64,000 nucleotides of DNA, taken from positions 1-64,000 of IMG/VR virus record IMGVR_UViG_3300045977_000235; one strand, written 5' to 3'. Made by a program: the position numbers and the translations under genes. Of the stretch, positions 52,325 to 61,999 are shown in pieces. Origin of the DNA: a virus. The notes below the pieces were generated by a model. It had not been told where the DNA came from. It searched no databases and saw nothing but the letters and a program-made list of their open reading frames with translations. Numbering within the stretch: position 1 is the stretch's first letter; every line of letters starts with the position of its first letter.

Positions 52325-52636
52325 TTATAGGCTTTCTCTTTCTCTGATAAGTTTATCAATACGACAATCAAGATCCATCTTGTATTGCTCTTGCAATGCA
52401 TCCTTGGTAGTCTGCAAAGTCTCAAGCTCTTTTTGCAAGAGCTTTATTCTGTTTTCCCTACACTCAATTGACCTTGTTACCTCTCGCCATTGTTGACGTA
52501 CAGACTTTACAAGGTACTGCTTGCCAGATACATACTTGCTTGCTGGTATTGCTTTCTTGCCAGTATATGCTTTCGTACTAGCAAGCTTGCTGTACATTGT
52601 TGCTGGCATTGTCTCAACAATAGTCTGCTCTTTCAT
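52325..52636 (-). CDS. Coiled-coil hypothetical protein
   Basis: AAGGGA RBS; heptad-rich C-terminal half. Confidence 0.6.
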   Translation of the reverse strand: MKEQTIVETMPATMYSKLASTKAYTGKKAIPASKYVSGKQYLVKSVRQQWREVTRSIECRENRIKLLQKELETLQTTKDALQEQYKMDLDCRIDKLIRERESL

Positions 52637-52988
52637 CTGCTTTCCCTTATAGTGTAGTGAGCAATTGTTACAAGGTACAAGATACGATTTGCTTATAGTC
52701 TCTTTCCTCTCTTATAGTGTGCTTTTACTCTCGCCAGAATTTTGCATAATGTACAAGGCAATAATGGCAGAAAAGATACTCAAGACAAGCAAGCTTGTCT
52801 ATCATCCTAAAGATCCATACTGGCATAGTATAGTGTACTTCTTGCTTTTCCCATTTACAGCAAGTAATACCTTTAAACTCAATATGCCTCTTGTATCTGC
52901 CATTGATAGCGTTTTGTACAAGATACTTGATTCTGTTTTGCATTGTGCTTTCCTCTCGCTTGCACTCAAGACAGAGTGCTATGCAATA

Positions 52989-53018
52989 ATTGTACCATTC
53001 GGCCACTAATTAAAGCAA
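52989..53018 (-). promoter_or_regulatory. Putative promoter TTGCTT-18-TGnTACAAT
   Basis: Shares TTGCWTTAATT...TACAAT with the sites at 36704 and 55085. Confidence 0.55.
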
Positions 53019-53052
53019 GTAAAGTTTTGATGCTAGCAAATCACTAGCAAGT

Positions 53053-54114
53053 CTACAGAGAAAAGTACATATAATCGCTATATGTACTGTAATGTGTCTG
53101 CTTGTTAAACAGAAAAACAATTGTACCTTCGTGACCTTGTACTGTTACCTCTATATAATTGTTTGTCTCTTTTCTTACTCTGCCATACTGTAAGCTATTA
53201 TCTGCCATACTCTGGATCTTTACTTTTTCCCCTATCATATGTTTGTTAGTAGATACGGTATGCTCTACAGTAGGATGCACTCTTACAAGGTATGGATTAT
53301 TTGCTACTCGCTTGACCTCTATCTTGTCGTTTACCTTTAGACCATAATGCGATCCGTATAATTCCTCTGCTTTACTGTTACGTCTTACTCTCACTACTAC
53401 TCTGCCATTATTTACTGCGATTACTTTAGCTTGTGCCATTGTTCATACTCCTATGGTAAATGGAAAAAGCACAGTACAATACTGTGCTCTTGCTAGCTAG
53501 TCTCTTGTTTCCTCTTGCTCTCTTTCATCGTTACAAGTAGAGCACACTATAACGATGAAAGAGTAATCTGCATTGTGCTCTACAATATAGGCAGTATTGC
53601 CACAGTCTGGACAACAAAGATCTTCCATTATGCTTTCCCCTATATATGATTTGCGACAAGAAACAAAACAAGGATAAACAAAACGAGACTTGTACAGACA
53701 ATCCAGAAAGCAGACATTAGTTTATCCTCTTTACAGTGTAGTACTTGCTATCTTTCTGTACCCTATGTACTACACGCCTATAGTGAAAATGCATTAAAAC
53801 ACGGTAACAGTATCTTTCCTCTCTTATTACTCTACCATACTGTGTCTTACCATCTATAGAGCAAGTAATAGATACTTCGTATTCTGTAAACATACTTTCC
53901 TCTCTTACTCGTTAGGATACAGAAAAAGATAATCTTGGAAGGTACAACGTAACTGTGAGCTTTTATTAAACCTATACTGTACCTTTCTGTTACCGTAAGA
54001 GGTAAGAGCAATTGTGATATAGTCGCTTGTTTCTCTTACCACTACACCGTATTGCGTGTAACTATCCATTGTTCTAACAGTCTTGATTGTTTGCCCTAAC
54101 AATTGATACTGCAT
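53053..54114 (-). other. Three related small beta-barrel-like proteins (53053-53439, 53717-53893, 53905-54114)
   Basis: Shared QYG[RV]V.[RK]E motif; 53717-53893 (58 aa) translated by hand. Confidence 0.65.
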
Positions 54115-54149
54115 TATGCTCTTTCCTATCGGATTAAATTATTTAATCT

Positions 54150-55075
54150 GAGAGCATACCAGAGTATTGCCTTGTACTCTTTAAACAAGCTTTGTCTTTA
54201 CTCACAGTAAAGTCTGGCGATTCGTAGCACGTGCTACAGATTTGCTTGTAAAGTATGCTCTCTTTCCAGAGTACAGTAGAGTGCTACCACTACTCTTTAA
54301 CAAGCTTTGCGATACTCGCAAGTATCGCTTGGTGATCCATAGCATGTAACATGCTACAGTTTTGCTTGTACCTTGTACTCTGTAATGCTCTGCACTATAG
54401 ACTTGCAATCTATAATTGTTGCATTACAAGCAATACCTAAGTCTTATTGTGTGCTTAGTTAATACCTCTCTATACTAGCATGGTATATATTGCTTGTGCT
54501 CTGCAATGTACAGAGTCCAGATAGACAAGAGGTATAGTCTTACAAGGTAAGTTTTGTTTACAAGAGAGCATACCTTAGTATGCTGCATAACAAGTAAACA
54601 ATGTTTGCTCTGCTATTGTCTCTTATCATCTGCTTTTATTTTTTCATCTTGTCTCAAGTACACAATATATATACGCTCTTATCATGGCGTATGCTCTTAT
54701 CATTCGCAAGAGTGTACTTCTATAGTCTTACTTGTTACTCGTATCAATGCACCGTTTACTTTATCAATATGCTATGTTTGCTTATGCAATCTTATAGACT
54801 TACTTATTGATAGGCTTTCCATATGCGTATGCTTTTTAGCTAGCGTCTTATATGATACTTTGCAATGCTATAGGCTGTTATGGTTTGGCGTACCAGAGGA
54901 TAGTATTGCATTGTGTTTTACAATGTTATCTATCCTGCTAGGGTTATCTTAGGCTAACCCTTAGTTTTACCTGCTAGCATACCTCATGCTGTTACTGGCT
55001 CTACTGCTTGAGTACCCTACCAAGTCTCAAGTATGCCTCTACATCTACCGTATGCCTGCTATTTGGTTTTAAAAG
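54150..55075 (-). ncRNA. Candidate large structured RNA or long leader
   Basis: No credible RBS-led ORF, many hairpins, and directly downstream of the promoter at 55085-55114. Confidence 0.4.
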
Positions 55076-55084
55076 AGCAAAAAA

Positions 55085-55114
55085 ATTGTAACAAGTTTAT
55101 CGGAATTAAAGCAA
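55085..55114 (-). promoter_or_regulatory. Putative promoter TTGCTT-18-TACAAT heading the island transcription unit
   Basis: Same architecture as 52989-53018; palindrome copy 40 bp upstream at 55154. Confidence 0.55.
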
Positions 55115-55149
55115 GCAAACTTTAACTGTATTTTTTTTCAATATGTTAT

Positions 55150-56322
55150 GCGGATTAAATTATTTAATCCGCTATATTCTGGCGTGTTTTCTAGGCTTTC
55201 CTCCTATGTACCCAAAGGTACGCGCTTGCATATGTTGCAAAGTGTATGCCAAACTATGGCATTATTGATACTCGTTTCTCATTGTGTGCATTTTTTCTGT
55301 TTTGCCCTATATCGTAGTCTGGCATACTTTTTGCTTGTGCGTTTTGCCCTATCGAATGCCGTTTTTTGGTGTCTGTAAAGCTCTATACTGCGTTTTGATG
55401 GTAAGACGTGCTACCATACTGGCATATGCCGAAAAATTGAAAATAGAGAAAGCATACGCATCTTGACTAGCAAGTATGCCATATTGTAATTTTTTCCTCT
55501 CAAGTCTGCATAGTCTGGCATACTTTATGCTGCGTAAAAAAATTGCATTATTGATATTTTTTATCATTCCTCTGCTAACAATAGATCATAGTCACAGCCT
55601 ATTAAAAACAGACTTTTTCATAGAAAAAATTCATAAAAAAATTTTACGAATTTTACCTTGTACTGTCGTTTACATCCTATGCATAACGTTTACACCATAC
55701 GATAAATGTATGCTTTCATCTGTTTTTATCCTCTCTTATTCTACTGTTATCCTCTAATGTCTGCTTTTATCCTCTATCGTATGCTTTTATCGTATAACGT
55801 ATACGATAGTATGCAATCGTATACTTTTGACGGATTAAATAATTTAATCGTTTACATTTTGCGTGTTACGTATACGAAAAGATCCATCTGTAAACTTTAT
55901 TATCATAAAGTTTACAGTCTGGCAGAGTGCAGACTGTTAGCTAAGGTCTTAACAATCTTATAGCTAATCACCTATCGACTTCGGCCATGATTAAATAATT
56001 TAATCTTTCTCATTGTGAGATACTTTTCAAAAATGAAAATGAGAATCAAAAAGATTAAATAATTTAATCGCCTATTAAAGATCTTTAAGACCTCATAGTG
56101 AGTACATAAAAAATAATAAGACCGCAACAATAGACTTATAAAGACCGTAGAAATATTGGTATACGCCTATATGGTCCTTAGACGTATAGCTATATATACA
56201 TATTGCTGCGGTCTTTATTAAAGAATTTAATCGTGTCAAAATTTTGACACGTCAAAAATTTTACACCTGTTAGAATTTTGACAATAAAGACCTTGTTTTT
56301 ACGTCATTTTTTTGACATGGGG
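55150..56322. repeat. Non-coding right flank of the island with four TGTCA-N6-TGACA-like boxes and four palindrome copies
   Basis: Boxes at 56234, 56250, 56268 and 56302; palindromes at 55154, 55834, 55990 and 56054. Confidence 0.75.
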
Positions 56323-56484
56323 GTTGCGCGTGCGTGCGCGTGTGACGTGTGTGCGAGAGGGATATGTGAGAAAAGAGAAGGTCTTTGGTGGGAGTGTGTG
56401 TATTTTTGGTGAGTGTATAGGAAATTTTATAGAGATATATGTATATAGTATATACATATATACATATATCTGTGTGCGAAATAT

Positions 56485-56904
56485 TTATAAATTTAATTCT
56501 AATTTTAATTTATTATATAGCAAAATTTTTTCTTCTCGTTCACGCTCGGAATTTTTTTCACGGCGCAATAAACTTTTTTCTCTGCGAATTAACCGTGCAA
56601 TCGTTTCATTTTCTGTTTCCATTTGCTTCTGAAAAATCTCACATTCAATCCACATTTCTCCCCATTCTTCTGACATTTTTATTTTCAAAAACTTCCGAGA
56701 ATCACCACTGACTTTGTGAATTTGTGGATAATCTTTTTCCAGGTTGTACTGTAAATCCACAAAAAAATCACGGAAAGAATCATACGTTGCCGTAAAAGTG
56801 TAACGATTCATACAAAAAAGAATCATGTCAATTTGTTTTTCAATTTGTTTGCGTTCTGTTTCAACATTGTACTTTTCTCGGATGAAATTCTCTGTGATTT
56901 CCAT
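56485..56904 (-). CDS. Hypothetical protein with a coiled-coil C-terminus
   Basis: ATG 56904 with AGGAG RBS. Confidence 0.55.
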   Translation of the reverse strand: MEITENFIREKYNVETERKQIEKQIDMILFCMNRYTFTATYDSFRDFFVDLQYNLEKDYPQIHKVSGDSRKFLKIKMSEEWGEMWIECEIFQKQMETENETIARLIRREKSLLRREKNSEREREEKILLYNKLKLELNL

Positions 56905-56952
56905 GTGATTTTCTCCTGGTTTTCTTTTGAAATGTGTATGGATTTGTGTAGG

Positions 56953-57000
56953 ATTTTCTACAGAAATCAAAACGAAATTGAATTGATTTCTGTAGAAAAT
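56953..57000. repeat. Perfect 18-bp inverted repeat with a 12-bp spacer
   Basis: ATTTTCTACAGAAATCAA-N12-TTGATTTCTGTAGAAAAT. Confidence 0.85.
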
Positions 57001-57345
57001 TGAAATGAAAATGAAATGAAAAATGATCCTATTTCGCTATGCCCCCGCCCATTTTTAGGGTTAAAGTGACTCCCTCTATATATTTCTATTAACAAACAAA
57101 ATTAAATTATTTAATCCTCCCCTATCCGTACTATTAAAAAACATATAGTAAAGAACAATGTCCATAACAAACAGAATACTACGACTCCTAACTCTGGTAT
57201 ATACTTCCTCATATTTTCCCTATGAGAATAGGTTCGTGAACACTGTTAGTATATACAGTATAACATAGACTCCACATAATATCAATCCAAAGATAAAGAA
57301 TAATAAAACGTATATACCATTATTATCATCTTTCATTGTGCGCCT

Positions 57346-58258
57346 TTATACTTTCCATAGTGGTGTCATCAACATTTGGGTAGCAGTCATATCTCCTACT
57401 TCCTTTGTTCTATCTACAGGATCTAATATTAGGTTCAATGTATCAGGTCTAAGTCCATAAACAATGTATTGATGATCTGATTTATAATCCTGTGCATCAT
57501 GTACAGCAATCAATCCTACTACCATAAACAATTGTCTATTACCATCCTTCTCTGGTGCCTTACCCATGTGCCTCATTATTACCTGACCTGTAATCATATA
57601 TCTCCTTATTCAAATACTAATGTTAGGGTATATAATACACTGACAATAAATATCAACCAGCATACAATGAACAATGCCATGACAATAATGTGTATGTTAT
57701 CCCTCACGTTCAGCTACCGTTTCATGTATCGTATAATTAAATCTATCAAGTTCAATATAGAGTCTCTGATAATCTTGTATAGCTTTTCCTAAGTTATGAA
57801 TAGATTGTTTATGATAGGTTATTATATCATAGTCTTTTGCATGGTCGGCAACTATTTTTCCAAGGTCTTTTAACAAGGTATCTAAGTGTTGATACGCTAC
57901 ATTGTATGCATAGTCTAGTGCATCCTTTTCAGTATCAAAATCTTTGCCATAAATACAGTACACATCTTTTGTTCGTTTCTTAATCATAGTCGTATCTTCT
58001 TTAGTAGTAGTGTGAACTTTCATATTCTTCATCCTCTCCCATTTCATCTTCTTCATCATTCTTATCAAAAAGTATGCCCGATGTACCATAATAATACACG
58101 TTAGGTAATACAGTAAACATATAGTATTTATGAAAATCAGGGTGTTTTGTTTTTATAAGTCGTATTGCATCTCTCTTGTCATCGGCGGCAACAATATATA
58201 TGTCTGTATCATAGTAAGTAATCTGCCAAATAAGATACACAGTCTTACCCATACTCAT
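57346..58258 (-). other. Small hypothetical CDS cluster
   Basis: ORFs 57346-57597, 57697-~58023 and 58001-58258. Confidence 0.5.
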
Positions 58259-58261
58259 ATG

Positions 58262-58843
58262 TTATCCTTTTGTACCAAGAGATACCATCTCTCCATCCAT
58301 CTGTATCTCTTGTGTTTGTAATAGACGTTCTACTGTTAAATCAAAATGTAAATCAAAAATAAATTGCAATCGTTCTTTGATGTCGTAGATAGAGAGGCTT
58401 TTATTCTCTATACAAAATTTAATATGTTGTTTTAAAAATTCATGCATATATTATTCCTTAGTAACAAGGGATGCTACATCATTTGTTATTTGTATTTCTT
58501 CATTCCGTACAAGAAACTCCATTGTAATAGCAAAGTGTGATTCAAAGATATATAGTAACTGCATATGTAATTCTTGAACAGGAACAGATGGATTCTCTTT
58601 CAAAGTATCTAAGATATACCGTATCAACGTGTTATACATTTATACATCCTTTGCAACAAGGTAGACTGTATCATTGACTATAGATACATCTTGTGTCTCT
58701 ACAAGAGACTCCAGTGCTACATCAAAATGAAATTCAAAAGCATTCTGTAGTTCCTGATGGAGTTCAACAAAAGATAAAGAATAATCTTCTTTATCTTCAA
58801 GGGCAGATATGATATAGGCTTGGAGTAATTCATGTAACTTCAT
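58262..58843 (-). other. Three tandem paralogous ~62-67 aa winged-helix-like proteins (58262-58447, 58451-58639, 58640-58843)
   Basis: Shared L..[YH]I...[LI]..., [ED][LI]...L...F[DE].HF....E.L....[IV].....V.SL pattern. Confidence 0.65.
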
Positions 58844-59057
58844 TATACTTTACTTTCTAGTTTTATGATTCTCTTTTGTAGTTCCCCGTTTTCTATGGAG
58901 AGATCGTAGAGTTCTCTTTGTATTCTATGTTCAATCTTCTCTATACGATCTAATAGTTTCTCACAGAAACTTTGGAGTTGTCTTATAGATCTGTACTCCC
59001 ATGAATATTGATGCCCGTAATTCCCATCTAGTTTCATATGTTCTCCTATTAAATAAT

Positions 59058-59735
59058 TTAATATCGTACAAGGATATTAGGTTTACCTACCTTGTATAAC
59101 CATTCTTCTCCTTGTGCATTGTGTGCATCCCTATATTGTGGGAATACATATTTACCTACATTCTCTGAATAAGATTCAAGATTGAATCCTTCTGTGTTAC
59201 GAATTACATATCCTTCTAAAGAGTTCTCATGTGTTGAATATGCAGACTTCTTCATTTTCATATCTACCGCAGCTTGTATAGCCTTTACATCATACATGCC
59301 CGTGTAAATAACAGGTACGTGTATAAGATCTAGCTTCTTGATTATCTTCATTGTGTCATAATAAGATAAGCAATAATGCCCTATCCAAATTGAATGAACT
59401 AAAAAATAATCAGGTAACAAATCGTACTCTATAACATGTTGCATGTACATGTTCTCTCCTACGATTCGATACCTTGGATCTAGCTTGTAACAAAGAAGTG
59501 ATTGTAATTGTGCTATGTAATGTGTACTACTGTGCTTCATAGGAGTTAAGCTACGTGTGTGCCAATAATTTTGTGCCACAGTTACACATCCTCCGTCAAC
59601 CTTTTCTGTAACTACTACTTCCTTTTGATTAAATACACTATCGGACTTTAATTGTCTATCACCTTTTGATATGTTAGACCAAGGGAGATGATAGACTCTT
59701 GGATACTTTATTTTCTCTGTCGTTTCTTCTGTCAT
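59058..59735 (-). CDS. ATP-dependent RNA ligase-family protein
   Basis: KYPRVYHLPWS, motif I TEKVDG, GEN, EGYVIRN, KYV. Start at ATG 59735 overlaps the MTase stop. Confidence 0.82.
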   Translation of the reverse strand: MTEETTEKIKYPRVYHLPWSNISKGDRQLKSDSVFNQKEVVVTEKVDGGCVTVAQNYWHTRSLTPMKHSSTHYIAQLQSLLCYKLDPRYRIVGENMYMQHVIEYDLLPDYFLVHSIWIGHYCLSYYDTMKIIKKLDLIHVPVIYTGMYDVKAIQAAVDMKMKKSAYSTHENSLEGYVIRNTEGFNLESYSENVGKYVFPQYRDAHNAQGEEWLYKVGKPNILVRY

Positions 59736-60502
59736 GTGCGTTCCTTTATTAAATAATTTAATCTTTTTATACAAATATTATAATACTGTTTTTCTTTTTC
59801 TATTCCTATAAATTGCCGATTAAGATTTTGTGCAGCAACTAATGTTGAACCACTACCTGCACAGTTATCAAGAACAATGTCACCCTCATTTGTATAGGTC
59901 TTTATAAGATACTCACAGAGAGCTATAGGTTTTTGTGTAGGTACATAACCTCCTTCACTTTCAGCAGTCCTAAAATATTGTACACTTCTTGGGAAACGTA
60001 AACCTGATTCGTTTTTTAATTCTACTGGTTTACGTTCTCCAGCACCTTTTGATAAGGTTTCGTTGTTCTTACCATTATCTATCCCATAATTATATGGATT
60101 ACCTTTAGTCTTTTGTGGAAAATATCTCATCCATTGTTTTGTATTTTGGGCTGCTGGATATTTAGAGAACACACTGATTATCTCATGTGTTTTCAATGGT
60201 TGAAATCTTGCATGAACATAATTACTTCCTTTTGATTTTTCCCATATCCAATCATACTTAAACAAACGAAGATTAGAAAGTCGTAAATAACTACTAAAAG
60301 GTTCACTACCAAAAAGAAGAATAGCACAATCATCTTTAATGATCCTCTCGTAGTGTTCCCATAACTTATCAAATGGTATAAGAACATCCCATTTGCAAGC
60401 GGTTGTTCCATAAGGTAAATCACAGAGTATCATATCTATTGATTGATCTGGTATATCTCCCATTAATTCTAAACAATCACCTAACCATATTTCTTTCTTC
60501 AT
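59732..60502 (-). CDS. DNA amino-methyltransferase (N4-C/N6-A, beta class)
   Basis: GDCLELM, ILCDLPYG, PTQKP..L.EYLI, VLDNCAGSGSTL. Confidence 0.93.
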   Translation of the reverse strand: MKKEIWLGDCLELMGDIPDQSIDMILCDLPYGTTACKWDVLIPFDKLWEHYERIIKDDCAILLFGSEPFSSYLRLSNLRLFKYDWIWEKSKGSNYVHARFQPLKTHEIISVFSKYPAAQNTKQWMRYFPQKTKGNPYNYGIDNGKNNETLSKGAGERKPVELKNESGLRFPRSVQYFRTAESEGGYVPTQKPIALCEYLIKTYTNEGDIVLDNCAGSGSTLVAAQNLNRQFIGIEKEKQYYNICIKRLNYLIKERT

Positions 60503-60554
60503 ATTTTCCTTTTATTAAATTATTTAATGAGGGGTATTTCTACCCCTCTAGTGT

Positions 60555-60986
60555 TTATGCAGTAAACATTGTCCTTTCAATCTTCTTGAGTTTCCTTTGC
60601 ATCTCCTTGAGAAACTTTAGTACATCATTAAACCCATAGTCATCATTCAACATGATGTGATAGTATGCAACACCATCATTAAACAAGTATCCTGCATGTT
60701 GTTCTAGTTCATCATCTAACCATTCAGTTAGTTCATTATAGAATGGTACAAAAGGATACGTTGTTTCCTTTTCATGCTTGTAGATAGTTGATGCTGCAAG
60801 GTACAAAGCACCAGAGATACACCAGCTACATGCATCCTTGTCTAATGAAACAACAGGTTTTCCTTCTCTATTCCGTGCTTCTGTTTTTTGGCAGAAGGTA
60901 TTAGGGTTCTTATAAAGGTCTAATACAAAGGCAATAACTTTTTGATACGCTTGTGTCTGCTCAAGTGTAATGGTATTCCGAATCAT
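60555..60986 (-). CDS. Hypothetical phage protein
   Basis: ARNREG..V...A.SWC..GAL..ND. Confidence 0.6.
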   Translation of the reverse strand: MIRNTITLEQTQAYQKVIAFVLDLYKNPNTFCQKTEARNREGKPVVSLDKDACSWCISGALYLAASTIYKHEKETTYPFVPFYNELTEWLDDELEQHAGYLFNDGVAYYHIMLNDDYGFNDVLKFLKEMQRKLKKIERTMFTA

Positions 60987-60989
60987 TAT

Positions 60990-61463
60990 TTATTCTCCAG
61001 TAAGACAATTAATATTATTTATTTTATACCTAGAAACATTATAATGGAATGCTTTGTTCTTTTCTATTCCTCCTGTAGTGTGTACTAATAATCGACACCA
61101 TGATTCCTTCGTACTATGTACTATCAATGGGCTTTCTTCTTTATACACTGGCTCTGTGTCTGGACACATAAGCATTGCTGCTAATGTGTTATCTGGATCT
61201 AATATGTTCACACGTAAACATTGTCCTGCACCAACAAGTATCTTTGTTCCATAATAAAATGTATTTGTTTTCTGTGAATGTCTGATGTTTGCAAAAAAAT
61301 ATCTCTTTGCACAATCTGTTGTTCTACATGTTGCTACAGGTACTACATATGCGGATTCTCCATCAGAGGTAGGTATCTTTTCTACAAGGCATTCACCTTG
61401 TACTACACACGTCCATATAAGAGTCACAACAAAAACAGTCATCATCACCAGGAATTTTATCAT
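60990..61463 (-). CDS. Exported Cys-rich protein
   Basis: MIKFLVMMTVFVVTLIWTCVVQG signal-like start; AAGGT RBS. Confidence 0.6.
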   Translation of the reverse strand: MIKFLVMMTVFVVTLIWTCVVQGECLVEKIPTSDGESAYVVPVATCRTTDCAKRYFFANIRHSQKTNTFYYGTKILVGAGQCLRVNILDPDNTLAAMLMCPDTEPVYKEESPLIVHSTKESWCRLLVHTTGGIEKNKAFHYNVSRYKINNINCLTGE

Positions 61464-61509
61464 GTCACCTTTCTCCATTAAATTATTTAATTTTTTAAAA
61501 CACATACTA

Positions 61510-61999
61510 TCACTTTACCTTTTTCTTCCAACGAGCTAGTTTCTGTTTAGATCCTTCATGCCCTGCATCTTTATTTAACAGTCGTAACATCTTTAATTGT
61601 GCTTCTCGTAATGTAAAATACGTCCATTCTTTTTGTTCTTGTGCATTAATAATAATTACTACATATATTTGTGCGTTCTCTATCCAATCATGTTCCCTTT
61701 GACTATAGAGTGCTACATTCTTTTCTCTTTTTAATTGTTTAAATTCATAGCCTTCACTAGAAAGTTCAATGGGAAGGGTTTGCATTTTTACTCCATTAAA
61801 TTATTTAATCATTCGATTTGAGATGCACTAACTTATTATCTTTTATTCCTATGATTTCTTCCTTTGATAATGTATCAAATTCCTTTTTAATAATTTGGCC
61901 GACATATTCTAATATCAATGTATTGAATTTCTCTAAAGATATTCCCTTCTGTGCATATGACAACAAGATAGCACGCACATATTCTTTAAGCATACACAT
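61510..61999 (-). other. Two small hypothetical CDS (61805-61999 weakly resembles the winged-helix-like triplet)
   Basis: ORFs with RBS, separated by a palindrome copy at 61795. Confidence 0.5.

Noticed and set aside
42190-56322. Island interpreted as a transposon or integrated element
   Set aside because: No transposase or integrase, no true terminal inverted repeat or target duplication seen, and it shares the genome-wide palindrome.
54202-56711. ORF-track entries 54202-54408, 54554-54952, 55148-55963 and 56312-56711
   Set aside because: No RBS, mutually overlapping and implausible composition; better explained as non-coding.
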